From positions 447,555-511,554 of the forward strand of contig CAZKJM010000001.1 in assembly GCA_964553245.1 (NCBI GenBank): 64,000 bases of DNA. The letters are read 5' to 3'. A program made the translations under genes and the position numbers. The notes under the pieces are model-generated. The model was not told where the DNA came from. It saw nothing but the letters and a program-made list of their open reading frames with translations, and made no database searches. Each line of letters begins with the position of its first letter. Position 1 is the first letter of the stretch. Shown in pieces: positions 27,489 to 38,306 of the stretch. Origin of the DNA: an uncultured Gammaproteobacteria bacterium. Its GTDB lineage: Bacteria; Patescibacteriota; Microgenomatia; Levybacterales; UBA12049.

Positions 27489-29674
27489 TTTATAGCAACG
27501 GGAACAGCGCTTGGGGTAGCAATAAAAGTGCAATTTACAATTTTTTCCGTTCCTTTTATGAAATATTCATTTTTACTTTGGCAAAACTTACTAACAATGT
27601 TTTCTGGAACGATAGGCGTTTCTTTTGGTTTATCTTTAATAAGGTGAGTCATAAGCTTATTCCAAATCGGTGCAGCTCCTGTTATTCCGGAGGCAATTCC
27701 ACTCATCGGGCTATTGTCGTTATTTCCGACCCATACGGCAACAAGTACGGATTGAGTATATCCAATAGTCCAGTTATCCCTTATGTTATTTGAAGTTCCT
27801 GTTTTAACCGATACATATTTACCAGGAATGTTTAAGGGAGAATTTGTTCCAAACTCAATTGCTCTTGCATTATTGTCAGCTAAAATATCGGAGATAATGA
27901 ACGCAACCCCTTTATCCAGTATTCTTGTTTTTGAAATATTTTTCTTTTCGTATAAAACTTCTCCTTTTGAATCGGTTACTTTTAATAATGGGTTAAGATT
28001 TACTTTTTCTCCCTGATTTGCCAAGGATCCATAGGCTACTGCCATATCAGTCATTTTTACCTCCGCTGCCCCAAGAGTTATTGAGAGTCCGTAATCTTTA
28101 GCCTCTTTCCATGTGGTTATTCCCATCCTTTTTGCCAAGCCGACCATTTTTTCGATACCGATTTTATTCAATGTTTTAACAGCTGGAATATTGATTGAAT
28201 TTCCGAGAGCGGTTCTTAATGTCATAAGCCCCCTAAATTGTCCATCGTAATTAACCGGAATATAATCTTCTGCTCCCGAAAACCTAAATCTTATAGGAGA
28301 ATCGTCAATTAAAGTTGCAGATGTAAATCCATTGTTTAACGCTTCGCTGTAGGTAATTACTTTTATTGTTGAGCCGGGTTGTCTTAGGGCTGTTGTAACA
28401 TTATAGTTTCCGCTTGCAGGGTCTTCGTAATCTTTACTTCCAACCATTGCTAAAATATCACCGTTTTTTGGGTTGGTTATTAATGCTGCGCCATTGGTTA
28501 AGTTATAAAAATAACTATTGCTGACTTCGTTTCTTACTGTTTCTTCGGCAAATTCTTGAGTTTTTAGATCAAGGCTTGTGACAACATTTAGTCCTCCCTT
28601 TTCAACCATTGGAAGCCCGTATTTTTTAATAAGTTGTTCTTTTATATACATTACAAAGTGAGGTGCAAGAATCGGCGATTGGGGAGAGCGAATATTTAAT
28701 TCTTCTTGTATTGCTTGCTCTTTTTGTTTTTTAGTAATATATCTTAGTTCTTGCATTCTTTCCAAAACCTCTTTTTGCCTTTTTTTCCATAAATCAGGAT
28801 TTTCTCCGTAAGGGGAATAAATACTTGGTGCCTTTGGCATCCCTGCTAAAAATGCAGCCTCTGCCAGTGATACATCTTTAACTGATTTATTAAAGTATGT
28901 TTGTGAAGCAGCTTCTATTCCCCAAGAAGTCCCGCCATATGGAACTTGATTGAAGTACATTTGTAAAATTTGGTCTTTTGTGTAAATTTGCTCTGCCCAG
29001 AAAGCCAAAATAATTTCTTTTATTTTTCTTTCTATAGTAATTTCCGGAGTTAATAAGCTCGATTTAATTAATTGTTGAGTAATTGTTGATCCTCCCTGAA
29101 GAGGTTCTCCGGAAAGGTCTGCGATTGCAGCTCTAACTATAGCTGTTAAATCAAACCCTGGATTTTTATAAAAATCCTTGTCTTCTATTGCAATAGTTGC
29201 GTCTTTTAAATATTTTGGAATATTGGACAAGGGCACAATGGTTCTATTTTGATTTGCGTAAATTTGGTATAAGAGCTTATTGTTTCGATCGTAAATTTTC
29301 GTGGTTTGAGCAATTTCTGCTCCTGATAAGGTTTTTGGATCAGGCAAATTTTGAAGAAAAATTAAAACTAATAAGGGTATAAAAACTAAAAATAACGAGC
29401 AAAAAACCCCGATTATAAAATATCTAAATTTCGTAAAAAAGGGTAGAGGGAAAAGTTTCACTGGTTTTTTGTGTTTCAGTTTTTTAATTTTTATTTTCTT
29501 TTTCTTCTCAGAGATTTTATATTTAAAAACAGGAAGCTTGGTCTTTTTTACTCTTATTTTAGAAAAAAATGTTTTTACAAGAGATAACGGCAGTTTTAAG
29601 ATAAAAAGCGTAATATCTCCGATAAGAATGAAAAAATTAGTTATTAAAACAATAATTTTTAAAATTATTCCCAT
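27485..29674 (-). CDS. Class A penicillin-binding protein (PBP1A family)
   Basis: EDKDFY, QGGSTITQQL, RQPGSTIK, SIN, KTGT. Confidence 0.93.
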   Translation of the reverse strand: MGIILKIIVLITNFFILIGDITLFILKLPLSLVKTFFSKIRVKKTKLPVFKYKISEKKKKIKIKKLKHKKPVKLFPLPFFTKFRYFIIGVFCSLFLVFIPLLVLIFLQNLPDPKTLSGAEIAQTTKIYDRNNKLLYQIYANQNRTIVPLSNIPKYLKDATIAIEDKDFYKNPGFDLTAIVRAAIADLSGEPLQGGSTITQQLIKSSLLTPEITIERKIKEIILAFWAEQIYTKDQILQMYFNQVPYGGTSWGIEAASQTYFNKSVKDVSLAEAAFLAGMPKAPSIYSPYGENPDLWKKRQKEVLERMQELRYITKKQKEQAIQEELNIRSPQSPILAPHFVMYIKEQLIKKYGLPMVEKGGLNVVTSLDLKTQEFAEETVRNEVSNSYFYNLTNGAALITNPKNGDILAMVGSKDYEDPASGNYNVTTALRQPGSTIKVITYSEALNNGFTSATLIDDSPIRFRFSGAEDYIPVNYDGQFRGLMTLRTALGNSINIPAVKTLNKIGIEKMVGLAKRMGITTWKEAKDYGLSITLGAAEVKMTDMAVAYGSLANQGEKVNLNPLLKVTDSKGEVLYEKKNISKTRILDKGVAFIISDILADNNARAIEFGTNSPLNIPGKYVSVKTGTSNNIRDNWTIGYTQSVLVAVWVGNNDNSPMSGIASGITGAAPIWNKLMTHLIKDKPKETPIVPENIVSKFCQSKNEYFIKGTEKIVNCTFIATPSAVPVAIN

Positions 29675-29770
29675 ATTTTAAAAGAGGCAGATTAATAAAA
29701 ATAAATTCAAAAGATAAAATCAGGTTTGCCAAATTATACTATAGGAGCCTTTTAAAGAAAAGGACTTCTT

Positions 29771-31945
29771 TTATGGAGTTGGTGATGGGGTTAAAGTTGG
29801 TGATGGATGGGGACAATTTAAACAATACTTATCTCCGGTAAGATCTGTAATTATTTGTTGCTCTTTTAATTCTAAATTATCTGTTTTCCCCGGAGGGGGA
29901 AGATCTTGAGTATCTTTGTCAATCCAAACTTGCTGATTTGAAATGTTTGCGTATTTACCTTCAGTTCCTTTTATAAAATATTCGTAACGTGCTTGGCATC
30001 CTGATGGGCTATCTTTTGAGCTTGATAAAGATCCTGATAGTGAACATACTGATTTTTGAATTACATTTGAAGGTCGTTGAATTGACTGAGGTAGTTTATC
30101 TTTTAAAAGCCTAACCATGATTTCGTGCCAAATCGGTGCAGCTCCTGTTATACCGGAAACCAATCCGCTCATTGGGGTATTGTCATTATTTCCAACCCAC
30201 GTTGTAACAACATATGATGGAGTATAACCAATGGTCCAGTTGTCTCGGTAATCGTTTGTTGTTCCTGTTTTTACAGAAACAATTTGATTTGGAATTCTAA
30301 GTTCTGAATTTGAACCAAAGGCAATAAGTCTTGCGTTATTATCGGCTAAAATATCGGATATAATAAATGAAACGCCGTCAGGTAGCACTTTTTTCCCGAA
30401 AATTGGGCTTTTTGGCGGTATGTATTCCTCTAATGTCTTACCGCGTTTGTCGATTACTTTTAAAATCGGATGTAAGTCAACTTTATATCCTCCGGTTGCA
30501 AAAACACCGAAAGCCTGAGTCATATCATACATGGTGACTTCTCCTCCTCCAAGAGTAAGAGATAATCCGTAATCGTCAGGATTTTTAAAGGTTGTTATTC
30601 CCATTGCAGAAGCGGTTGCGATCATATTTTTTATTCCGTTTGCTTTTAGCATTTTTACAGCAGGGATGTTTAAAGAGCTTCCTAAAGAGTCTCTCATAGA
30701 AACAATTCCGTGGAATTTTCCGTCGTAATTAACCGGACAATAATTCTTTCCGCCCTGATTTGGAAAACAGGTTTTTTGATCTATAAAAGGCGTTGCTGGA
30801 GAGTAGCCATTGATTAATCCAACTGCATAATTAATTGGCTTTATAGAAGAACCCGGTTGTCTTAGGGAAAGAGCAACATTTACGTTTCCATCAATGTCGG
30901 TGTCAAAATAATTCCTGCTTCCAACCATTGCTAAAACTTCACCAGTTGATGGATTGGATACCATAGCGGCACCATTTGATACGCGGTAACTTTTGAGGCT
31001 TTTTACTTCCGCTGCAACTGTTGCCTGAACCATGTCCTGAATATCTAGATCAAGGCTGGTTGTGACTTTAAGTCCTCCTTCTTCAACAATTTTTTCTCCG
31101 TATTTTTTAATTAAAAGATCCCTAATAAAAAGGGAAAAATGAGGAGCTTTAATCGAAGTGGAAAAGCGTTTATAATTTAAAGGTTCTTTTTCCGCTTTTT
31201 CTTTTTGCTCTTTAGTTATATATTTTTCTTCGTACATTGCTTGAAGAACCTGAAATTGTCTTTGTTTTGCTCGTTCAGGATGGGAACCAAATGGGGAAAA
31301 AGCTGTTGGTGCTTCGGGAAGACCTGTTAAAAGAGCGGATTCGGCAAGATTTAATTCCTTTGCCTTTTTGCCAAAATATGTTTGCGCCGCAGCCTCTATT
31401 CCATAGGCGGTTCCTCCATAGGGTGTTTGATTAAGATACATTTCTAAAATTTTATTTTTTGAATATAAAAATTCTGTTGCGAATGCTAAAATGACTTCTT
31501 TTATTTTTCTGGTTATTGTCCTTTCTTGGCTGAGCAAACTATTTTTGACAAGTTGCTGAGTTAGAGTTGATCCTCCCTGAAGCTCTTTATGAAAAATAAT
31601 GGAGTAAGCTGCTCTTGTAATTCCTTTTAAATCGATTGCTCCATGTGAATAAAAATTTCGATCTTCTATTGCGATAGTAGCTTGTTGAATTTGCTTGGGA
31701 ATTTGCGAGAGAGGGATAAATGTTTGATCCTTAGAGCGATAAATATTATAAAGCAATTTTCCGTTTTTATCATAAATTTGACTAGATTGTGGATTTGAAG
31801 AGCTGCCTAATTTTGTTGGGGAAGGAAGATCTTTTAAAAAATAAATATAAAAAGGAATAAGGAGAACAATAAGAAAAGTAAAAATAAATATCAGTTTCTT
31901 AGGAATTTTTTTAGCTTTTTTTAGTTTCTTTTTAATGACCTGCAC
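29771..31945 (-). CDS. Class A penicillin-binding protein (tandem paralog)
   Basis: EDRNFY.H, QGGSTLTQQL, RQPGSSIK, SLN, KTGT. Confidence 0.93.
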   Translation of the reverse strand: MQVIKKKLKKAKKIPKKLIFIFTFLIVLLIPFYIYFLKDLPSPTKLGSSSNPQSSQIYDKNGKLLYNIYRSKDQTFIPLSQIPKQIQQATIAIEDRNFYSHGAIDLKGITRAAYSIIFHKELQGGSTLTQQLVKNSLLSQERTITRKIKEVILAFATEFLYSKNKILEMYLNQTPYGGTAYGIEAAAQTYFGKKAKELNLAESALLTGLPEAPTAFSPFGSHPERAKQRQFQVLQAMYEEKYITKEQKEKAEKEPLNYKRFSTSIKAPHFSLFIRDLLIKKYGEKIVEEGGLKVTTSLDLDIQDMVQATVAAEVKSLKSYRVSNGAAMVSNPSTGEVLAMVGSRNYFDTDIDGNVNVALSLRQPGSSIKPINYAVGLINGYSPATPFIDQKTCFPNQGGKNYCPVNYDGKFHGIVSMRDSLGSSLNIPAVKMLKANGIKNMIATASAMGITTFKNPDDYGLSLTLGGGEVTMYDMTQAFGVFATGGYKVDLHPILKVIDKRGKTLEEYIPPKSPIFGKKVLPDGVSFIISDILADNNARLIAFGSNSELRIPNQIVSVKTGTTNDYRDNWTIGYTPSYVVTTWVGNNDNTPMSGLVSGITGAAPIWHEIMVRLLKDKLPQSIQRPSNVIQKSVCSLSGSLSSSKDSPSGCQARYEYFIKGTEGKYANISNQQVWIDKDTQDLPPPGKTDNLELKEQQIITDLTGDKYCLNCPHPSPTLTPSPTP

Positions 31946-32009
31946 AAGCCATATAATAGCATTATCTTAATTGTCTGGCAATTATTTTAGGATCGGATAT
32001 AATAAAATT

Positions 32010-33023
32010 ATGGACTTGAACTCTTTTTTTTACACGTTTTCACAAACAGGAGTTAATTGGATAGACTTATTAATCTTAATTGTAATTACCATTTATATGG
32101 TAGAAGGTTACATATTGGGGTTTTGGTCTTCTTTCTATGATTTTTTAAGCTTTATTTTCTCTTTTATTGCCGGACTTAGCTTTTATCATTTACTATCAAA
32201 ATTGTTAGTCAGTTATTTTTCCATTCCCCAAGGTTTTGCAAACGCAGCCTCTTTTTTTGTTATAGCTTTTTTATTCGAATTAATAATTAGCTTTATAATT
32301 AAAAATCTTGCAATGCTTAAATCTGAAAAAGAAGTTAAAGAAAGCGATAAAACGGATTTTTGGGATAAGATATTAGGAATAATTCCTTCTGTTTTGTCTG
32401 CGATAGTCTTGATTTCTTTTGTTTTAACAATGATTACTTCATTACCCTTGTCACTATTTTTAAAACAATCAGTTTCAAACTCGGTAACGGGTAATATTTT
32501 AGTTGAAAAAACGCAATGGTTTTCCAAGAACATAAACTCTATTTTCGGGCAGGCCGTAAATGACACCCTGTCTTTTTTAACTGTTGAGCCTCAAAGCAAC
32601 GAAACAGTAAATTTAAATTTTAAAGTAAAAATTCCTAAGATTGATCAGTCTTCGGAAAATAAAATGCTTGAGCTTATTAATATGGAAAGACAAATAAGAG
32701 GGTTATCAAAGCTTGAAATGTCCTATGATTCACAAAAACTTGCAAGACATTATTGCGAAGATATGTTAAAGCGCGGGTATTTTTCGCATTATTCCCCTGA
32801 GGGATTTTCTCCTTTTGACAGAATGGCACAGTTTGATATTTATTATACTTATGCAGGCGAAAACTTAGCATTTGCCCCCAATGTTCAACTGGCAATGCGG
32901 GGATTAATGCAGAGCAAAGGACACAGAGAAAATATTTTATCAAGCGAATTTAAAAAAGTCGGTGTTGGAGTTGCGGATGGAGGAATATACGGACAAATGT
33001 ATTGTCAGGAGTTTACAGATTAA
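32010..33023 (+). CDS. CvpA (colicin V production)-like membrane domain fused to a CAP/SCP domain
   Basis: NWIDL..GY..GF, DKILGII; INMERQ, YFSHYSP, AGENLA, M.S.GHRENIL. Confidence 0.85.
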   Translation: MDLNSFFYTFSQTGVNWIDLLILIVITIYMVEGYILGFWSSFYDFLSFIFSFIAGLSFYHLLSKLLVSYFSIPQGFANAASFFVIAFLFELIISFIIKNLAMLKSEKEVKESDKTDFWDKILGIIPSVLSAIVLISFVLTMITSLPLSLFLKQSVSNSVTGNILVEKTQWFSKNINSIFGQAVNDTLSFLTVEPQSNETVNLNFKVKIPKIDQSSENKMLELINMERQIRGLSKLEMSYDSQKLARHYCEDMLKRGYFSHYSPEGFSPFDRMAQFDIYYTYAGENLAFAPNVQLAMRGLMQSKGHRENILSSEFKKVGVGVADGGIYGQMYCQEFTD

Positions 33024-33025
33024 AT

Positions 33026-34054
33026 ATGAAAAACAAACTGCCCGTTTTAGATAAAAAGTTAATAAGCAATAAGAAGGTTTTTTTAAGACTTGATTTAGAT
33101 GTTCCTATCATAAACGGGGAAATCAAAGATGAAACCAGATTAATCGCAGGCTTAAAGACTTTGCAGTTTTTATTAAATTATTCCTCAAAAATAATTATTT
33201 GTGGACATTTGGGAAGACCAATCGGTTTTGATAAAAATTTTAGTTTAAAGCCGGTTGCAGAATGGTTTAGGGACAAGCTTAAAGTTCAGAGCTCAAAGTT
33301 CAAAAACGAGAGAATGGGAGAATTTTTGGGTTGGGAAATCGGCGAAAAAATCTTTTTATTGGAAAATATCCGTTTTTATGAAGAAGAAGAAAGAAGCGAT
33401 AAAAAATTCAGCAAAAAATTAGCGCATTTGGCAGATATTTATGTAAATGACGCATTTGCAGCATCTCACAGAAACCATGCATCAATAGCGGGTGTTCCAA
33501 AATACTTAACTCATTTTGCAGGATTTAATCTTGAAAATGAGATTAAAAATCTTTCTTTGGTTTTTGAAAATCCTATGAGACCATTAACTGTGATTATTGG
33601 CGGAGCTAAGATAGAGACAAAGCTTCCGCTTGTTGAAAAAATGGATAAAATTGCTGATTCAATTTTAATTGGCGGAAAAATAGCGTTGGAGAAAAATAAG
33701 ATTAAAACCAAAGATAATAAAGTATATATTGCTGTTTTAAATAAAGAAGAAATGGACATAAACCAAGACGATATTTCATTTTTCAAAAAAATCATTAATA
33801 GATCAAGAATGATCATTTGGAACGGACCAGTCGGAAAAATAGAGGAAAAAGAATATCAAAAGGGAACAGAAAAAGTTGCTAGGGCAATTATTCAAACAAA
33901 AGTTTTTTCGATAGTTGGCGGTGGGGATACGATTGATTTTATTAATAAAATAGGCTTAATAAATAAATTTTCCTTTATCTCAACTGGTGGAGGGGCGATG
34001 TTGTCTTTTTTATCGGGCGAAAAGCTTCCCGGAATTGAAGTTTTAAAAACATAA
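33026..34054 (+). CDS. pgk: Phosphoglycerate kinase
   Basis: RLDLDVP, GHLGRP, LENIRF, NDAFAASHR, GGAK, STGGGA. Confidence 0.95.
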   Translation: MKNKLPVLDKKLISNKKVFLRLDLDVPIINGEIKDETRLIAGLKTLQFLLNYSSKIIICGHLGRPIGFDKNFSLKPVAEWFRDKLKVQSSKFKNERMGEFLGWEIGEKIFLLENIRFYEEEERSDKKFSKKLAHLADIYVNDAFAASHRNHASIAGVPKYLTHFAGFNLENEIKNLSLVFENPMRPLTVIIGGAKIETKLPLVEKMDKIADSILIGGKIALEKNKIKTKDNKVYIAVLNKEEMDINQDDISFFKKIINRSRMIIWNGPVGKIEEKEYQKGTEKVARAIIQTKVFSIVGGGDTIDFINKIGLINKFSFISTGGGAMLSFLSGEKLPGIEVLKT

Positions 34055-34094
34055 AGTATTGAACCTTCTGATTTAAAAAGTATATACTATTTAT

Positions 34095-35168
34095 ATGTTT
34101 CGCGTTGCAATTAATGGTTACGGAAGAATTGGAAGAATTGCCCATAGGGTAATTTTGGAACGTTTTTCGGAACATATAGATTTAGTTGCTATAAACGCCG
34201 GATCCTCAACGGATATTAAGGGGTGGATGAATCTTTTAAAATATGATACTGCTTATGGTCCAATTTTATCCTTAAACATAAATTATCAGGATCCTGAGCC
34301 AATGCCTTTGATAAAGGATTTAGTTGGTTATTTAATTATTGAAGATAAAAAAATACCTGTTACTTCTCAAAAAGACCCAATGCTTCTTCCCTGGCAAGAT
34401 TTGGAAGTAGACGTAGTTATTGAATCAACAGGTCATTTTACGACCCTTGAAAAACTCCAGAAGCATTTAAATGCAGGTGCAAAATCAGTTATTTTATCAG
34501 CTCCGTCAAAAGGCGAGGGGGTACCAACTTATGTTTTGGGAGTAAATGCCCAAGATTATCAGGGAGAAAAAATTATCAATAATGCTTCGTGTACAACCAA
34601 CTGCATTGCGCCGGTTGCCAAAATTATGGTTGATAATTTTGGCGTGGAAAAAGCAATGATGACAACAATACACAGCTATACTTCGGATCAAAAACTTCAC
34701 GATGGTGGGCATAGCGATTACAGAAGATCAAGAGCAGCTGCTTACAATATTGTTCCTACATCAACCGGCGCTGCTATTGCAACAGGAGAAGTAGTTGGGG
34801 AGTTAAAGGAAGTATTCGAAGGCTTGGCAGTTAGAGTACCTGTAATAGTTGGGTCGCTTTCTGATTTTACTTTTGTTTTAAAAAAAGAAACAACAGTAGA
34901 TGAAGTTAATAATATTTTAAAACAGGCATCGGAAGACCCAAATTATGAAGGGATCTTAATGACATCAGAAGAACCGATTGTTTCTTCTGATATAATAGGA
35001 AATCCATATTCGTCTATAGTTGATTTATCTTTAACTCAAGTAATCGGAAATCTGGTTAAGATAGTTGCATGGTACGATAACGAATATGGTTATGCAAACA
35101 GGTTAATAGAGGAAGTGTTAATGGTTGGAAATTATTTAAATCAAAAACTGCCCCAATCCAATAGTTAG
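34095..35168 (+). CDS. gap: Glyceraldehyde-3-phosphate dehydrogenase (type I)
   Basis: AINGYGRIGR, NASCTTNC, WYDNEYGY. Confidence 0.97.
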   Translation: MFRVAINGYGRIGRIAHRVILERFSEHIDLVAINAGSSTDIKGWMNLLKYDTAYGPILSLNINYQDPEPMPLIKDLVGYLIIEDKKIPVTSQKDPMLLPWQDLEVDVVIESTGHFTTLEKLQKHLNAGAKSVILSAPSKGEGVPTYVLGVNAQDYQGEKIINNASCTTNCIAPVAKIMVDNFGVEKAMMTTIHSYTSDQKLHDGGHSDYRRSRAAAYNIVPTSTGAAIATGEVVGELKEVFEGLAVRVPVIVGSLSDFTFVLKKETTVDEVNNILKQASEDPNYEGILMTSEEPIVSSDIIGNPYSSIVDLSLTQVIGNLVKIVAWYDNEYGYANRLIEEVLMVGNYLNQKLPQSNS

Positions 35169-35170
35169 TT

Positions 35171-35755
35171 ATGGTTAAGCAAAAAGCATTACAAGATATA
35201 AAGGTTATTACAGTTTCGGGAAGAATTGCTTCTGGGGCAACAACGCTGGCAAAAAACCTCGCGGACGCTTTGGGCTGGAAATTGTTGGAAGGCGGGGCGC
35301 TATTTGAAAAAATTCATCAGGAATTAAACCTTGATCAGGAAATGGTAGATAAAAGACCGGATCATTTTGATCTAGAATACGAAAAGAAGGTAAAGCAAAT
35401 TTGTAAAAATGATAAAAATATAATTATCCAAAGCCATCTTGCAGGATATGATGCACAGGGAATAAATGGAGTTTTTAAAATACTAGTCGAGTGCACGGAT
35501 CACGGCATTGATAAGCCAGAAATAAGGATAGATAGGCTTGTTAATAGAGATGGAATCAACACTCAAAAGGCAAAGCAGGAGGTTTTGGAAAGAGAAAGAC
35601 GACATCTAGAGAAATTCAGGAGACTTTATGCAAATGGGGATAGTAATTGGGTTTATTGGGATAAAAAGTATTATGATTTAATCATAAATACATTCACTTA
35701 CAATAAAGAAGAGAGTTTAGAGTTAGCGTTTAAAAAAATCGGAATAACAGAATAA
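35171..35755 (+). CDS. Cytidylate kinase-like protein (archaeal type) with variant P-loop
   Basis: ITVSGRIASGATTLAK, SHLAG, YYDLIINT. Confidence 0.7.
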   Translation: MVKQKALQDIKVITVSGRIASGATTLAKNLADALGWKLLEGGALFEKIHQELNLDQEMVDKRPDHFDLEYEKKVKQICKNDKNIIIQSHLAGYDAQGINGVFKILVECTDHGIDKPEIRIDRLVNRDGINTQKAKQEVLERERRHLEKFRRLYANGDSNWVYWDKKYYDLIINTFTYNKEESLELAFKKIGITE

Positions 35756-35799
35756 TCTCCTTATTGATTATTATGTTATAATAGGCTAGATTTAGCATT

Positions 35800-37068
35800 A
35801 TGAAAATCTCCAATATAATGCAAAAATGTATAGCTTCAGTAACGGAAGATACTCCATTAAAAGAGGTTGGTAGGCACATTTTTAGTTTTGGAATAAGTGC
35901 AGTCCCTGTTGTTAGGGACGGAAAACTCGTTGGAATTGTCACAGAGTCAGATATGCTTAGAAAAATGTATCCTTCTATGGAAGAGTTAGCAGAAGACTAT
36001 ATTCATCTTCGGGATTTTGAGCAAATGGAAAGAAATCTCAAAAGTATTTTGGATAGTCCGGTTTCCGAGGTTATGAATAAGAGAGTAAAAACAATATCTC
36101 CAGATACTCCAATAATGAACGCGCAATCGACAATGCTTGTAAATGAGTTTAGTCATTTACCAGTTGTTGATAATGACGGTAAGTTAGTTGGAATAGTATC
36201 TCAAGGGGATATTTTTAGAAGATTAATAAAAGATGAAATCCCAAAGCTTGAAAGAGAAAAGTACGCTGATTTTATTTCTCAGTTTTATGATTCAATGGTA
36301 GATTGGGAAAAAAGATTTAAAGATGAGTTTCCTGCACTTATAAATCTTTTTGAGAAAGAAAAAGTGAAAAATATTATTGATTTAGGATCATGGACAGGAG
36401 AATACACATTAGGATTGTTAAAAAAAGGAAAATATAATATTCTGGGGCTTGATCATAATCCGGAAATGATAAGCCTTGCAAATAAAAAAAGAGAAGAATT
36501 GTCAGAAAATTTAAAACACAGAATTGATTTTACCTTAACAGATTATAAAAATATAACAAAAGAAGTAAAAGAAAAATTCGATGTTGCGTTAAGCGTTGGA
36601 AATGCGTTGCCTTATTTTCCGATTGAACCACAAGAGCTTTTTAAGAATACTGCAAAAGTTTTAAAAAGTAAAAATGCTCTTTTTGTTTTGCACACAATAA
36701 ATTTTGATAAAATATTGGAGTCAAGAGGAAGACTTTTAAATTTTAAAATAGAAGAAGAAGGTTGTAACGAAACAAAGGAAAGATTGGTAATAGAATTCTT
36801 TGAAAGAAAAGGTGAAAGAGATTTAAAACAACATTTGATCGTTTTTAACAATGACGGGAAAAATTGGTTATTTAGAGGATTGACATCTATAGATATTCAT
36901 TACTTTAATAAGGAAGACATCGAAAAAGCTTTTAAAAAAGCTGGTTTTAAAAAAATAAATTTTTATGGTTCGAAGGGAGAATACAAGTGGGATTTTGGTA
37001 AATTAAACTTTGACGAAAAGTTTGATTCAGATGAAAGCGATTGGTTAATAGCGGTTGCAAAAAAATAA
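35800..37068 (+). CDS. CBS-pair domain fused to a class I SAM-dependent methyltransferase
   Basis: Two CBS repeats (VPVV..LVGIVT; LPVVD..LVGIVSQGD), then IIDLGSWTG, GLD, FDVALSVGN. Confidence 0.85.
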   Translation: MKISNIMQKCIASVTEDTPLKEVGRHIFSFGISAVPVVRDGKLVGIVTESDMLRKMYPSMEELAEDYIHLRDFEQMERNLKSILDSPVSEVMNKRVKTISPDTPIMNAQSTMLVNEFSHLPVVDNDGKLVGIVSQGDIFRRLIKDEIPKLEREKYADFISQFYDSMVDWEKRFKDEFPALINLFEKEKVKNIIDLGSWTGEYTLGLLKKGKYNILGLDHNPEMISLANKKREELSENLKHRIDFTLTDYKNITKEVKEKFDVALSVGNALPYFPIEPQELFKNTAKVLKSKNALFVLHTINFDKILESRGRLLNFKIEEEGCNETKERLVIEFFERKGERDLKQHLIVFNNDGKNWLFRGLTSIDIHYFNKEDIEKAFKKAGFKKINFYGSKGEYKWDFGKLNFDEKFDSDESDWLIAVAKK

Positions 37069-37069
37069 A

Positions 37070-37636
37070 ATGTTTAAAAAAGCAATATTAATATTTTTAT
37101 CTATTTTTTTATTTTTTATTTTATTTACTTCAGATATCTTCGCAGAAGAAATAATTAAAGAAGAAAGTTCTCCTTCTGCCAAAAAACAAATAATTGACTA
37201 CAACCTTCCTTATCCTGGAATCTTGCCGGATAACCCTTTCTATATAGTTAAAACAGTAAGGGACGGAATAATTCGTTTTTTTATTTCTGATCCTCTTAAA
37301 AAAGCAGAATTTGATTTACTTCAGGCGGATAAAAGATTAAACGCAGGTTACTATTTATTTGTTAAGGGTGATAAGAGTAGGAAATTAGCAATTAGTACAA
37401 TTTCCAAAGGAGAAAATTACTTTTTTAATGCAATAGAAGGTGCAATAAAAGCAGAAAAACAAGGCGTAGAAACCGATGTATTTTGGGAAAAGCTTTTAAC
37501 TTCCTCAAAAAAACACAAAGAAATCTTAGAAGATTTAAAATTAAAATCTTCTAAAGATCTTATTTCGAACATAGAGACTGAACTGAAGAGAGTGAATGAC
37601 TTTAGCAAAAAGGTAGAAAAAATTAAGCTTAAATAA
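37070..37636 (+). CDS. Secreted DUF5667-like protein
   Basis: Signal peptide, YNLPYPGILPDNPFY..K, ADKRL. Confidence 0.75.
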   Translation: MFKKAILIFLSIFLFFILFTSDIFAEEIIKEESSPSAKKQIIDYNLPYPGILPDNPFYIVKTVRDGIIRFFISDPLKKAEFDLLQADKRLNAGYYLFVKGDKSRKLAISTISKGENYFFNAIEGAIKAEKQGVETDVFWEKLLTSSKKHKEILEDLKLKSSKDLISNIETELKRVNDFSKKVEKIKLK

Positions 37637-37800
37637 AGAGGATTTATTAACTAAAAGTACACTTTTTTTACTCTTAAGCGCAAGGCATATTTTTAATAAA
37701 TATGTCTTTTTTGTTCATTTTTTTGCTCGGTAGAATTTCAGTTAAAAATCAAGGCTAAAAAACAGGTTGACGTTTTTTGATATATTTATTAATAGTTGAC

Positions 37801-37847
37801 ATGTCAGATCTAGGGTTTTATGATTTTTTTGGCACTAGATATAGTGA
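37801..37847 (+). promoter_or_regulatory. Tandem NrdR boxes
   Basis: Palindromic GCACTAGATATAGTGA (37832-37847) and weaker ATGTCAGATCTAGGGT exactly 31 bp upstream. Confidence 0.75.
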
Positions 37848-37853
37848 TTTTTT

Positions 37854-38303
37854 ATGAAATGTCCATATTGTGGGAGCAGAGACACGGAAGTAGTTGAAAC
37901 AAGAGTCAGTGAAGATTTAGACACAATTAGAAGAAGAAGAGCTTGTACAAACTGCGAAAAAAGATTTACGACTTACGAAAGAGTAGAAAATATAAATTTA
38001 GTAGTCATTAAAAAAGATGGGAAAAGAGAACAGTTTAATAGAGATAAATTAAAAAATGGAATAATAAGATCCTGCGAAAAAACAAAAATATCGGTTGCGG
38101 ACATAGAACAAATTGTAACAGAAATAGAAAGAGAGCTAAGAGGAGCAGATTCAGTAGAAGTGGAAAGTAAAAAAATTGGACAGATGGTGGCAGTAAGGTT
38201 AAAAAAATTGGACAAAGTTGCGTACATAAGGTTTTCGAGCGTATTTAGAAGATTCGTGGACGTAGAAGACTTTGAAAAGGAAGTCAAAAAATTAATTAAA
38301 TAA
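37854..38303 (+). CDS. nrdR: Transcriptional repressor NrdR
   Basis: MKCPYC..IRRRRAC..C.KRFTTYE, ATP cone, VAYIRFSSV. Confidence 0.97.
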   Translation: MKCPYCGSRDTEVVETRVSEDLDTIRRRRACTNCEKRFTTYERVENINLVVIKKDGKREQFNRDKLKNGIIRSCEKTKISVADIEQIVTEIERELRGADSVEVESKKIGQMVAVRLKKLDKVAYIRFSSVFRRFVDVEDFEKEVKKLIK

Positions 38304-38306
38304 TTT

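Noticed and set aside
27485-31945. Tandem class A PBPs as a novelty
   Set aside because: Both have intact canonical motifs, and multiple PBP1A paralogs are ordinary
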